This document shows, piece after piece, positions 37,295 to 50,151 of a stretch of DNA of 64,000 bases. Source of the DNA: Phaeosaccion multiseriatum (taxonomy: Eukaryota > Protista > Ochrophyta, other classes); the NCBI GenBank assembly GCA_965112735.1, contig OZ218953.1:744001-808000 (forward strand). Reading direction: 5' to 3'. Both the position numbers and the translations under genes were made by a program. The notes beneath the pieces were generated by a model that was given only the letters and a program-made list of their open reading frames with translations, searched no databases and was not told the origin of the DNA. Every line of letters starts with the position of its first letter. Position 1 is the stretch's first letter.

Positions 37295-39735
37295 GGTGTG
37301 TGTGTGTGTAAGTGTTTGTGTATGCGTGTGTGTGTTTGTGTGTGTTTGTGTGTGTGATAGAGAGAGCGTCCCACAGGCGTCGCAGGAGGAACGGATGGTG
37401 GAAAACAATAATCAGTCAGGCAGTCAGACATGAGAGCAGCGCGCGCCACCATCACAGATGCACATTCGGTCAAAGAGACAGGGGAAGGGAAGTGAAGGAA
37501 GAGCAATTTCACCGACGGGCCAAGTAGACACGGCGGAGAGCAATAGTGGGGTGACGAGGAGCTGTTTATCCTTGTCTTTTCTGTAACGTTCTTTTGCAGG
37601 GTCGAGTGCCGTACCTTCGAGACGCGAAGTCAGCCTCGAGAGCTTCCCTCCGCTCGGCTTCTCTGTGCTCTTGCTCCTCCTGCAGGCAGGGAGGAGAGCG
37701 ATCAAGTCTGTGAGTCAAGCGATTCAGCTAGAAAAGTGGGACTCTCGCCTCAACACTCAGCTATTTTGGGGTGCGTGTGTATACGTGTGCGTGCATGTGT
37801 GTGCGTGTATTGCTTCATGTGATGACGAACCGTCGGCCCTCGTGCCCTCTCTCAAGCTTCAAAAGGGAAGTGAAGGAAGGAAGGAAAAGAGAGGTGAAGC
37901 AAAATGAAGCAATAGAAGAAGGATAAAGACCAACCAAAGCAAAAGCTGGCGTGTCAGTGAAGCCTCTGTCTGACCTGCTCTTGTTCCCAGCGAGCCCACT
38001 CCTTCTTCTTCTGCTCGATGGCCATCCGCTTTCTCTCCCAACTCTCCTCAGTCTCCATGGCTTCTCTCTCTCGCTCCGCTCGGCCCCGCTCGACCTCTTC
38101 CTGCCTCAGTTGCTCCAATAGGGCTATTTGCTGCTCCTTCTCTGCTATCTTCTTCCGCTCGGCCGCCTCCTCACGACGGCGAGCGAGAGCCTCCTGTGAA
38201 AGGGAATGGAAGCGAAGCGAAGCCGAACACAAAGCGATGCGAAGCATAGCACAGCAGCAGCAAGCAAACACAAAGCTGAGACCGTGAGCAGATGGTCGGC
38301 GAGGCCGGGGAAGGAAAGAGAACTCACAGCCACGAAGAGAGGCACGATCAGGGAGGTAAGTGCGTTGTGTTGTGTTGGCTTGGCTTGCACACAGACATCC
38401 ATCACCATCATCAGCCTAGCAAGCCCCGGACATCAACCCCCTTGCTGACTAAGGTACCCAGCCCCAGGCCGTATCTCCCTTTCTTCGGCCGCTCCTCTGT
38501 CCCCCCCTCCCACTCCCACCCGCTTGCCTGTCTGCGCTTGTCTGTGGCTTCGGCCTTGATCTTCCGCTCGGCTTCCTCCTTCTGGCGAGCCTCCTCCAGG
38601 CGAGCTTCGAGCTCTGCCCGCTTCTTGGCCGTCTCCTGCGCTGCAGCAACACTCTGGAAGGGAAGAAAGGTGTCAAGTATTCAAGTCGAAAGAGTCCGAC
38701 GAAATGAAGAGAAGGGCGGAGGGGGGGGGGGGGTGAGCGAATCGCCGTGGCAGGGGAAAGGAGTGGGATGTGGAAATTTGGAGCAAGGCGAAGCAAACGA
38801 AGGCTGCATTCATCATTGAATCGGTGGACGGACGATGGTGGACTTGGTTCGGTTCCGTCAGCTTTACACACGCAGGAACATCGTGTCACACACACACAGC
38901 ACAAACTGCTCTTCGGGGGAGGGAATGAATTCACCGGACTCTTTCGTACCTTCTCCCATTCGATTACTTGTCGGCTGCGCGAGTCCTCTCCTCGCATTCG
39001 CAGGCGATTCTCAATGGCGAGGTGGCGCCTGTGGGAGGACAGTGTAGTGTGTCATTGTTTGAGATCAGGGATCATGTGTAAGACCGACGACCACGCAGGG
39101 TCGGGGTATGTGGATGGAGTGAGTAGCTCCCCTTACACGCCAGCGAAGAGGGCCTGATCTGGACTGAGTTGTTGGGTGTGGGTTGGTGTATTGAGTGTTT
39201 CCATTTGGAAGCGCCGCGGCAAAGTGCTGAACAATAGGACGGCGACGTATAGGGAAGATCTTGTCTCTACCCACCTCAGGCCTTCCGCGGTAAAGGTATA
39301 GTCTTCAAAGCCCATGAGTTGTCTCTCCACCGCTTCTCTCCGCTTGGCCTGCACAGCCAGCCGCTGCTCTGCCCTCGTCACCGAAGATACAACGTCGTCC
39401 TGCTGCTCGTAGCGCCGTAAATGCCGCATTGCCTCCTCTCGGCTGGAACTGAGTGGAAGCTTCTTGACCAGCTTGTTGCTCTGGCCCCCTCCATCCCCTC
39501 CCATGCCGCCGTCGGTCCGCCCCGATGGCAGCGGGAGGCGGTTCATCTGCTTGATTGATGACATGGCTTTGAAGGGTGGGGGCGCCATGCCGCCCGTGGA
39601 CCTGGTGGAGGCTACCATGCGCCCTTTGTGTGGGCCAAGCCTGCGCGAATTTTGAGGGTTACAAGCACGAATGCCGTCGGATTTGAGCTGGTTGGTTGTT
39701 CGGTGATCCAACTGTGAGCCAAGCGGCGGCGGCAT
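26285..39735 (-). CDS. Large multi-exon protein: coiled coils + low-complexity region + ankyrin repeats + WW domain + small C-terminal helical domain
   Basis: E/R/K-rich coiled-coil exons at 39735-34400. Ankyrin motifs [63 protein letters not shown] and [10 protein letters not shown] motif [21 protein letters not shown]|SVWEKP. End [28 protein letters not shown]|EEKYGEPVE*. Could be two genes. Confidence 0.7.
26443..27236. repeat. Intronic (GT)n and (CTGT/CTGC)n microsatellites
   Basis: Direct reading at 26443-26645 and 27030-27236. Many more occur in other introns (e.g. 28470-28733, 30941-31100, 37247-37355). Confidence 0.9.
35474..35633. repeat. (GAT)n(GAG)n compound trinucleotide tract, probably intronic in the ankyrin gene
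   Basis: Direct reading; lies between minus-strand exons ending near 35725 and starting near 35325. Confidence 0.85.
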
Positions 39736-39878
39736 CCGGCATCGTCCACCAGCAGCTTGTTAATAGACACACATTCTCTCTCCCTCAGCCATTTATTACT
39801 CCGTCAATAGCACTCCCTGCTGCCATTTCGTTCCCTGAGGAGGAAAGGGTGATGGGCATGGGCCAGTATCTCTGACTG

Positions 39879-41888
39879 ATGCGTCGGTACGGTCGGGTGC
39901 TCTTGTCCCTGCCGCTGGTTGCTCTCTCGCTGCTCGGCATGCTCTCGTCCATGGGCAGGCTGACTATGGCCTTCAGCAGCACTATAGGACGCAGGAGCGG
40001 TCAAATGGGCATACGTAGTATCAGCATCAGTAGCAACAGGAGCAGCGGGAGCAGTGGCGCGAGCAGCATGAGGGAGGCTTATAGACCAGCAGGATGGGTG
40101 AGAGGGGCGTGGGTGACAGCTATGAGGCGAAGACTGCAGGCCGCCGAGGAAGCTGAGAGTCGCAATGAAGCGGAAGGACCCGCAGAAAACAAGGATCTCG
40201 AGACCAAGGCAGAGCAGAAGAGGAGCAAGGCTTTTCAAATGAAGCGAGAACACTACTACTTGAAAAAGATGAAGGAACGCAGGACCAACATTGCGCTTGC
40301 CCTGCAGGCCGCCGAGAAGGAAGGAAGTACGTACCAGCTAAATGAGTCCTGCCCCCGCCCTCCCTATTCCTTTCCTGCTGCCTGTGGTATAACCCCGCCA
40401 CCACCCTTCGCCCCCTACCCTGGCTCCCCATTGCTGTACGCCGTCGTTGCTCCGGTACAGTTGGGCTGAGCCACTTGCTGCTGGCCCAGGCGGCTAAGAT
40501 AGCGAGTGGGAAGGGTCAGTACCGTCTCGTAGACAAGGTGCTGCGGGAGATGGAGGCGAGGGGCTTCGAGGTGGACGAGAGGAGTAGAATCGCCGCTATT
40601 CGGCCAAAAGGCAAGGCTCAAGGATGCTGCTGCGTGCCCAGCTCCGTCGCTACTCTTGTGCCCCCCCCCCCCCCCTTGTAGTGGTGGGAGCCACAAGGAC
40701 CAAGCCACAAGCACATGCGCAACAGAATACTGTGGGCCCTGACTTAGTCGACCGACCCATGTCCTTTCCCTCTTCCTCTCTCCAGGGACCTTCGCCTTTG
40801 ACCTCCCTTTTTCGCGGCTTGTGGTGGTGGACGGCGCCAAGTCTCTGGCCCACGCAGATCGAATAGTGAAGCAGGCGGTGCTGCTCGGTCTAGACACGGA
40901 AACGCGACCTGTATTCGTCAAGGACGCTCCTCCGGAGCCCACGGCGCTGCTACAGGTACGGCCACCGCACACACGCCAGACAGAGACAACGCAGGCAGGC
41001 AGGCAGGCAGGCAGGCAAGCAGGCACACCGGAGGGAAGCCCGGGCTCGGAGTGCGGTTGCTGCTGCTGCTGTTCTTGTTGCTGTTTTTGTGGTTGTGGTT
41101 GTTGTTATTGTTATTGCTGTTGTTCCTGTTGTGGTTGTTGCTGTCTCTTCTTACGTGTGTACGGCCTTTCTCCTCTTCGACTATCGACTACCTCGTCGCA
41201 GATCGCCACGCGATGTCCGAAGGGCGAGGAGCATGTCCTCCTGTTCGACCTCCTCACCCTCCTGCCCAAGCACTGCCAAGCCCTGGACGCCGCCCTTTGC
41301 CCGGTCTTCAGCGACCCGTCTTGCATTAAAGTGGGACAGGGACTGGCCCCCGATGTGAGAGCTCTACGGCGGAGCTACCCGATGTGCGCGAGCTTCGCCC
41401 AAATCAAGTCGGTGTGTGAACTGCACGGGCTGCATGCGAAGCTGTCTCTTATGCTGTGGCAGGACGAGCAGTTGGTGTTACAGCAGCAGCAGCACCCGCA
41501 GCAGCAGGAGGGGGGGCAGGGGCAGGAGCAACTCAAGCAAAAGATTTCGCGCCTGGGCCATCAGAAAAAGGTTCACGCCTTGAGTTTGAAACTGCTAACG
41601 ATGCGGTATCTGCAAATGAAGCTCAACAAAAAAGCACAGAGATCCAACTGGGCCAGGCGACCTCTCTCGAAGCGGCAGCTCGACTACGCGGCTAGCGACG
41701 CCCTCATCTGTCTGCGCATATACGATTCGAGCCGGAGCGAGATTCTCTCGCACGAGCCCAGCTACAGCGGTGAAGGTCTCTTGACGGACTTGCTCATGAC
41801 CGGAGGCGAAGGGGAGGGGGGGATGGAGACCAAGAAGATGAGGAAGAAGGACTATGAGGAGGAGGGGGGCGGGGAGGGGGAGGCGTGA
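39879..41888 (+). CDS. DEDDy 3'-5' exonuclease (WRN-exo/EXD/mut-7-like), probable plastid presequence
   Basis: ExoI LGLDTE, TALLQ|IAT, LFDL, IKVGQGLAPDV, LSLK.L..RYL...LNK..QRSNWARRPLSKRQLDYAASDA. Signal peptide followed by TMA|FSS and an S/R-rich transit-like region. Confidence 0.85.
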
Positions 41889-43337
41889 GGCCGGCTCTGC
41901 GGGGTAGATGGGCAGCGTGGCGAGGCCAGGAGGCAAGCCTGCAAAGCAAAGGTCGCCCCTCGTCCGCCTTGGCGAGGCAGTACACCACGCCCCAAAGGGC
42001 CCCCAGAGGTATGCCCCAGAGGGTACCCAGAGTACCCAGAGGTATCATTTCGTCACCCCTTTGACCTGGTGACAGAGAGGGTAGTAGTGTCCACCAGCGA
42101 ACCACAGGGTAACCCCTGCTGTGACCTGCACGGCCTGGAGGGGCGCCGAGGAGAGCCCACACCCTGTGGAGGTGTGAAGCGCCCGCCCGCCCTCCCTCCC
42201 TTGAGCTTGAGCTGCTGCGGTGCTGCATTTGGTGGTGCCCGCGCACGATTGAAAGTTGGGCTCTCTCTCTCTCTCTCTCTCTCCGGCCGATGGAGCTGCT
42301 GTACTGGTCAATGCTCCAGTGGGATAAAGACTGGGACTAATCTGGCGGGGTAGGCGTGCCAAGCGGCCCAACTTTCTTTTCTCCGAAGGCCTCCGAAGGC
42401 CTTCGACTGGTCCCCGCCTTGCCCAAGGGCGGTACATGATACACGCTGCAGAGGGCCCGCCTTTGCAGTGTCATTGCCTGCCCACAAAGGGCAAGAGTAG
42501 CGGCGGGGCAGTGTATAAATGTATAAATACATCTCTGAAACTGATCCTGCAATGTAGACTCTGCCGATCGCTACGCTGCCATGCCGCTCTCGCTCTCGGT
42601 TGGCACCTCGCTGGGTATTCTTGATGAATCAGTAAGCTCATGTAAGTAGGACCTGTAACCGGCTCGAAGCCAGGGCTGCGTTCTCCAGAGCCAGCGGTGC
42701 CGTCCGGTGCCATCCATTGCCCATTGCATGGGTCAGGGCCAGTTTGAGGTTTCAGCTCAGAAGGCCTTCCCGCCTCCTCGACACTACAAGAATCGCTGCA
42801 TTGCACACCCCACTGCGGGCCTCATGCCTTTTCCCACGGTAATTCGTATGTCTATTTTTTTCTTTTTGAAACATTTGAAGTAGGATTTATTACCATATTT
42901 ACATCTGCGTACAATTCGAATATGCACACCAACGAACGCAGTCGCCTCGTCTCCTGGCCACGGGGGCGCGAGGACTGCGGTGGACCGTACAGCTCTCCTC
43001 CCACGGTCGAGTGTGTCCCTTTGCTTCGCTCCTCTTCACTTCTGTAACAGCAGTGCCCCCCTGGCCCCCTGCTGGGCCTCACCTCATTGCTTCTCTCCCT
43101 CAATGAGGGGACGAGCGAAGACAGGAAGGGAAGGAAGGGCTCTTGAACGATATCTCTATCGACCAAGCTTACTAGTCCGTCTGTCCGTCCGTTGTTTCAT
43201 CATTCTCGCACCCCTACTTGGGGTACAAGGTCTGTGCACGACTGTCTCCACGTCGGCATTCATTCATGCCCGCGGAGCACGCACCTTCTTATCGTGCTGA
43301 CCACAAAGCGTAAGCAGCGCGTTCACCAAGAGAGAGA

Positions 43338-43385
<48 letters not shown>

Positions 43386-43394
43386 GCGAGAGAG

Positions 43395-43432
<38 letters not shown>

Positions 43433-43706
43433 GCTCGACGTTACACGCACAAGCGCCAGCCCCACCACTGGTCCATCGAGAAGAAAGACTCGGCTCAGCT
43501 TGGCTTGGCTTGGCTTGGCTTGCCTTGGCCCGCTCCCCTCGCCTCACGTCGTCGTCGGCCCTTGGCCCGACTCTTGGGGCTGACTCGACTTCCCGGCTTG
43601 AGGCCCGACTTGACGAATCGATCTCCACCTGCCCTCGCGTCTCAACATGTACATCGAGATCATCCATCCATTCTCGATATCAAGAAAAGTATGAGATCAA
43701 CTCATT

Positions 43707-46700
43707 TCAGTAGACCAGGAACATGGCCAGAGCAGCCCAGAAGGTGATGGTGACACACGCGACCAGGTACTGGATGATGTAGATCTGAGACAGTTGACCC
43801 GCCACTGTCGTCAGGCGCAGCTGACTGAGCGTGACGATGAGCAGCTGGGCAGAGGGCATGGCATACTCCAGCAGTACCACAAGACTCATGAGCTTACTAC
43901 CAGAGGGGGAGGAGGAGGAGGCTCTTCCTGCTGTGGTGAACATGTTGGTGTAGCGGTCGGCAAGGAGGAAGAGGGAGAAGCCGATAGCAGGCATGAAGAT
44001 CAGCCTTCCCACCAGAGCCACCAGCACCTGAGCGACAGGTAAGGAGGGTGGGTGGGTGATTGGTAGGGAAGGAGGGAGGGGGGCGAAGGAGAGAGGGAGG
44101 GAGGAGAGGGAGGAGAGGGAGGGATGGGGGTGAGGGAGAGAGGGAGGGAGGAGAGGGAGGGATAGGGGTGAGGGAGAGAGGGAGGGAGGGAGACAGCGAG
44201 AGACAGCAAGAGAGGGCGAGGGAGAGATACAGACAGAACAGAAAGAAAGATAAGAGAGAGTGAGAGAGAGAGGGGGGGGGAGGAGGGGAGTCTTTACTCT
44301 CTGGCATACCTGCGAGGCCACCGCTTTCCTCCTCGTAGAATCCGTCACCGCTCGAGCTACAGATGTCGTCATCGAAGCTGCTGTATCACCAACTGCTACT
44401 GCTGCTGATGGTGCTTGTTTCAACGGGGGTTGTGACGGCGCCTTGCTGTCAGCTGCCTCCTCCTGCCTCCGTTGTACCACCAACTGCTGCTCTTCCTCAT
44501 GCTGCTGCTGCTGCTGCTGCTGTTGGGCCCTGTTGTGCCTGTAATTCAACGCCAGCCCGCCTGCCACCACGAGGGTTTGCAGCGTGACGAGGGGCCGCCC
44601 CAGGGCTTCGATCGCCAGACCAAAGGGCCGCAGGGGGGAGTCTGCCTGACGAAACAAGTGCTTCTGGAGGGGAGCGATCAACCCCAGACCTAAGGTGGTG
44701 AGAGCGGGGAATGGGTAGGAGAGGTGTGTAGCAAGGGCTGCACGTTAGGACCAGGGGAAGGAGCGAGCATGCACGCACACACGCACGCACACACGGGCCC
44801 ATGGCCATGAAGTGGGCGGTGCAACCCCTCGTTGGTACACGAGTAAGAAGAAAAGAAAAGAGAGGGAAGCTGTGTATCTACTCAGCACTACTTCCTGAGT
44901 ACACGTGAGGCGACTTCCCCTCTCAGCGTGTCGCCTCTCCCGCTCCCTTCCTCCCTTCCTCCCTTCCTTCCTCCCTTCCTTCCTCCCTTCTCCCTCCCTC
45001 TCTCCCTCCCCCCCTTCCTTCCTTCTCCCTCCCTCCCTTACTCGCTTCCTTCCTTCCTTCCTTCCTTCCTTCCTTCCTTTTCCCTCCCTCTCTCCCTCCT
45101 TCGCCCCTCCTTTATCTCTCTCCAATCCTTTCCTCTGAAGCCCCTCCCTCCGGCTGAACTCACCGAGGCTCAGGATCACGGCGCAGAGGGAAGGCTGCGA
45201 CAGCGTTCTCCTCGCCACAAGCTTGCCAAACGACCCACCGCGCCGAGCAAGGCCGCGCAGAGACTCAAGGACCCGTCCTTCCTTCTCTTCTTCCTCGGCC
45301 TGTCCGGCACGAGGACCTTCAGTAGCAGCACGAGTAGCAGCAGTGGTAGTAGCAGCAGCTGCTGCTGCCGCTCCCGGTGTCACTGCTTCGAGGGCGTGGT
45401 GCCTGCTCTCCCGTTGAGCGCTGCTGCTGCTGCTGCTGCTGCTGCTTCTACGGTTGTTGCTGCAGTCTCTGTCCATGGCCTCGATGTCCAGGGTGTGTGC
45501 GGAGTACGCCAGAAACCGAGGTCGACTACTGCCACTACTGCTACGGCTACTACCACTATTGTGACCCCCAAAACACGACGACTCCAGTCCGGTCCGAGCT
45601 CCCTTCCCCTTTCCGAGAGAAGACGACGTTATCCATCCCCTGCGCAACGTGTCTGTAACCGCCGCCCCCGTGCTCTCCGGAGGCGGGCCCTGCTCGTCGC
45701 TACCATCTGTAGCAGTCTCAGTAGGAGCTGCTGCGGGGCTCATCAGCGAGGGTACCCCCTGCTGCCCCTGCTGTTCCTGCTCCGCCTCCACTCGACCTCC
45801 TACCGTCTCCTCAACCTTCCCCCCCTCCTCCTCCTCCTTCACCAGCTCTTCTTCCTCCACGTCCTCCACAAAAAAGTCCCTAATGTGGTAGTAGCCCCAG
45901 CTGTAGAAGAGCCCTGTCCACAGCACCAGGTAGAGGAACATGATGGTGGTGGCCTCGCTCATGCACTCGTCGGCATCGTCGCCGAACTCTGCATTGACGA
46001 GGGGCTGTTCGCAGAGCGACTGTGCGTGTGTGCACGCGTGTGTTTGTGTGTGTGTGTGTGTGTGTTTGTGGGTATGGGTGAGAGAGAGAGAGAGCTGAGG
46101 AGACGAAATGCATGCACTCAATCACATGGTGCGATCGATCCTTCGTACTACTACCACGTACAGTACAGACAGATGCACACAGACCCACACACACACACGG
46201 GCGTTTCCTCCACCACAACCACGGGAAGACCGACACACCTACCTCCACGACGAGCAAGGGCAGACCGACACAATTGGAGAAAATGAGGGCCATTTTGGAG
46301 CTCTCCAACAGGCGCGGCTCCACGGGTAGCACCGCCCCGAAGGCAGCGGCCATGAGGAAGGCAATGAGGAGGTTCGAGAAAGCCGCTAAGAAGATGGGGC
46401 CGTACTGGTGGGGAAAAGAGAGGAAGAGAAGGAAGAAGAAGAGGAGGAGGGAAAAGACGGGGAGGAGGAAGGTCAGGGCCAGGGTCAGGGTCAAGGTTAG
46501 GGCCCGTGAGAGGGAGCAACGAACCAGTGTCAGTCACCCGCGGGGGTGAGGACATCAAACCCACCCCCGTCCCTCTCCGCCTTCCCATCGCACTGTCTCG
46601 ACGCTTGAGCTTGCTCACCCGGGAGAGGGCGTCGAGGGAGATGGTACTGGCCGTAGAGAAGAACACCTGCCAACCAACGAGGCGCATGCACCAAGCCGCA

Positions 46701-47229
46701 AGTGAGAGGAAGGAAGATGCAAAAAGGAGGACTTCCAATGAACGAGAGCCACTCTTCCCAAGCACCGCAACTGTGTGGGAGGGACATGTCCCTCTGTCTC
46801 CTCTCCCCCCCCCCCGCCACTTTCTCTCTGGCCCTTTCTCCTTCTCTCTCTCTCTCCTCCCCCCCCCCCTCTCTCTCTCGCTATATATCTCACTCACCAA
46901 GGCGGGCAAGAGCAGGAGATTGCACATACGGGACAGGACGCGGAGCACCTCTCTCGAGAGCAGAGGCTCGCTCTTCGGGTAGCTGGACGCCACCACACCC
47001 ACCGAGACAAGCAGGGCCACCTTACATTACGACAGAGGGAAGGAAGAGCGAGTGGTTTGAGATGGAGAAAGATGAGCATTAAGAGGTGGGTCCATGAGAA
47101 ATATAGTCTACCCAGGATTGGGGGAATAGGAAAGGAGGGCGTGGAGAGAGACGGCGGAAGCCCTTGGCTGCGTACCTTGGCCATCGAAAGAACTGAGGCC
47201 ACAAGCACCCCTTCGACGGTGCCCCCCAT
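43707..47229 (-). CDS. PIN-LIKES/auxin efflux carrier (AEC, Mem_trans) family transporter, about 7 exons
   Basis: LSRMCNLLLLPAL|VFFS, FSNCVGLPLLVVE|SLC, LFYSWGY, long cytosolic loop, PSLCAVILSL|GLGLIAPLQ, LGRPLVTLQTLVVAGGL, GRLIFMPAIG, VVLLEYAMPSA and IIQY. Confidence 0.85.
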
Positions 47230-47583
47230 GGTATCCCCTGCTACTGTGGATTGCGCCAAGTCATTTTGCACCGCACCACTGGGAACTCTCTTTGTTCAGA
47301 GGAGGAGAAGAGCACCAACGTGTTCAGCAGTTTCTTCCTGTATGAATGGACTTACTAAGGCAGATGGTGTGATCGTCCGGAAGGGCATCATCATTGTTAA
47401 TAGCGGTAGTGCAAAGTCCAAAGACGAGCATCGTATGTCTGCCCACTACCGCAGGCCGGGCAGCAGAATAATCTGGTACCGACATGCTTTGGATCTCTTG
47501 CTCTACTAGCAAAGAGGCAGAGGAGCCCCCGTGGTCTGCCACCTGCTACTTGCTACCGCCGACGCCAGCCTACGTGCTACCTG

Positions 47584-49931
47584 CTATGCCTCCATGTGTT
47601 GGCTGGCCTTGGCGCAAGCATTAATGGTGGCGTTGTAGCTGACTACATCCGGCTTGATGCCCTCCGCCTTCATCCCCCTCAGTAAGCCCAATGCCTCCAC
47701 GTGTTGACCGGCCTTGGCGCAAGCATCAATGGTGGCGCAGTAGCTGACTACATCGGCTTGATGCCCTCCGCCTTCATCTCCCTCAGTAAGCCCAATGCCT
47801 CCACGTGTTGACCGGCCTTGGCGCAAGCATCAATGGTGGCGCAGTAGCTGACTACATCGGCTTGATGCCCTCCGCCTTCATCTCCCTCAGTAAGCCCAAT
47901 GCCTCCACGTGTTGGTTGGCCTTGGCGCATGCATCAATGGTGGCGCTATACTGCATCCGGCTTGATGCCCTCCGCCTTCATCTCCCCCAGTAAGTCCAAT
48001 GCCTCCGCGTGTTGGCCGGCCTTGGCGCAAGCATCAATGGTGGCGTTGTAGCTGACTGCGTCCGGCTTGATGCCCTCCGCCTTCATCTCCCTCAGTAAGC
48101 CCAATGCCTCCATGTGTTGGCCGGCCTTGGCGCAAGCATCAATGGTGGTGTTGTAGCTGATTACAGTCGGCTCGATGCCTTCCGCCTTCATCTCCCTCAG
48201 TAAGCCCACTGCCTCCACGTGTTGGCTGGCCTTGGCGAAAGCATTAATGGTGGCGTTGTAGCTAACTACATCCGGCTTGATGCCGTCCGCCTTCATCTCC
48301 CTCAGCAAGCCCAATGCCTCCACGTGTTGGTTGGCCTTGGTACAAGCATTAATGGTGGCGTTGTAGCTGACTGCATTCGGCTTGATGCCCTCCGCCTTCA
48401 TCTCCCTCAGAAAGCCCAATGCCTCCATGTGTTGGCCGGCCTTGGCGCAAGCATCAATGGTGGCGGTGTAGCTGACTGCATCCGGCTTGATGCCCTCCGC
48501 CTTCATCTCCGTCAGTAAGCCCAATGCCTCCACGTGTTGGCTGGCCTTGGCGAAAGCATCAATGGTGGCGTTGTAGCTGACTTCATCCGGCTTGATGCCC
48601 TCCGCCTTCATCTTCCTCAGTAAGCCCAATGCCTCCACGTGTTGGTTGGCCTTGGCGCAAGCATCAATGGTGGCGTTGTAGCTGACTACATTCGGCTTGA
48701 TACCCTCCGCCTTCATCCCCATCAGCAAGCCCAATGCCTCCAAGTGTTGGCTGGCCTTGGCGCAAGCATCAATGGTGGCAGTGTAGCTGACAACATTCGG
48801 CTTGATACCCTCCGCCTTCATCTCCCTCAGCAAACCCAATGCCTCCAAGTGTTGGCTGGCCTTGGCGCAGGCATTAATGGTGGCGTTGTAGCTGACTTCA
48901 TTCGGCTTGATGCCCTCCGCCTTCATCTCCCTCAGCAAACCCAATGCCTCCAAGTGTTGGCTGGCCTTGGCGCAAGCATCAATGGTGGCAGTGTAGCTGA
49001 CAACATTCGGCTTGATACCCTCCGCCTTCATCTCCCTCAGCAAACCCAATGCCTCCACGTGTTGACTGGCCTTGGCGCAAGCATCAATGGTGGCGCTGTA
49101 GCTGACTGCATCCGGCTTGATGCCCTCCGCCTTCATCTCCCTCAGTAAGCCCACTGCCTCCACATGTTGACTGGCCTTGGCGCAAGCATTAATGGTGGCG
49201 TTGTAGCTGACTATATCCGGCTTGATGCCCTCAGCCTTCATCTCCCTCAGCAAACCCAATGCCTCCACGTGTTGACTGGCCTTGGCGCAAGCATCAATGG
49301 TGGCGCTGTAGCTGACTGCATCCGGCTTGATGCCCTCCGCCTTCATCTCCCTCAGTAAGCCCACTGCCTCCACATGTTGACTGGCCTTGGCGCAAGCATT
49401 AATGGTGGCGTTGTAGCTGACTACATTCGGCTTGATGCCCTCCGCCTTCATCTCCCTCAGCAAACCCAATGCCTCCACGTGTTGCCTACCCCTGGCGCAT
49501 GCGTTTATGGTGGTGTTGTAGCTGATTACATCCGGCTTGATGCCCTCCGCTTTCATCTCCACTAGAAGAGCCAAAGCGCCCTTCCACCGCCGGCACTTCC
49601 CAATCGCGGAAATTGCAGCATTAAAACAGTACCGGTCGGGATTGAGGCCATCTCGCCGTGCGCGCTCCAAAGTAGGTGCCACCCTCTTCCAATCCTTGCT
49701 CTTCCCAAGAGCTTGAAGCTCTCTGAAAAGCCGGAGGTGTCTCCCTCGTTCCTTAGCCCCCCCAGTAGAGAAACAGAACAATTGCTGATCCAGCTGCTTG
49801 TGCTGATGGAGCGTAGGGCCCGTTCGCCGTTCTTCTACTGCCGCGGGTCCTCTTCTATTCGTGCCAATGCGGGAGAAGCAGCAGCGTCTGACCACCTTCC
49901 TCAGCGACATCACTCGCATCATCATCATCAT
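47584..49931 (-). pseudogene. PPR gene copy A: 661-aa ORF with 16 PPR motifs, then frameshifted repeats; Smr domain absent
   Basis: 105-bp tandem repeats encode VVSYNATIDACAKASQHVEALGLLREMKAEGIKPD. A short deletion creates a stop at 47946, two following units are 104 bp, and the C-terminus present in copy B is missing. It may still express a binding-only protein. Confidence 0.8.
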
Positions 49932-50151
49932 CTTTGCTACCAGGTGTTGGTGCTGCTTCTTGCCAAATACAAATATAGCTACACGCCGTACGTGTGGCCA
50001 ACAATCGTATCCCTACCCACGCAGCCACAAGAAGGATGATCCAAGAAGCAAAGGAGGAGAAAAGAAAGAAGAAAGAAAAAAGAAAAAGAAAAAAGAGTTG
50101 GAGAACCAACATGGAAGGCGGCGGGCATCCAACCCCTTCATAGCAGCAGCG

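Noticed and set aside
42240-43320. Possible tRNA/SINE or transposon fragment (GGCTTCGAGCC, small hairpins, 100-130 aa ORFs)
   Set aside because: No cloverleaf, TIR, LTR or recognisable protein motif could be built by eye; left unannotated.
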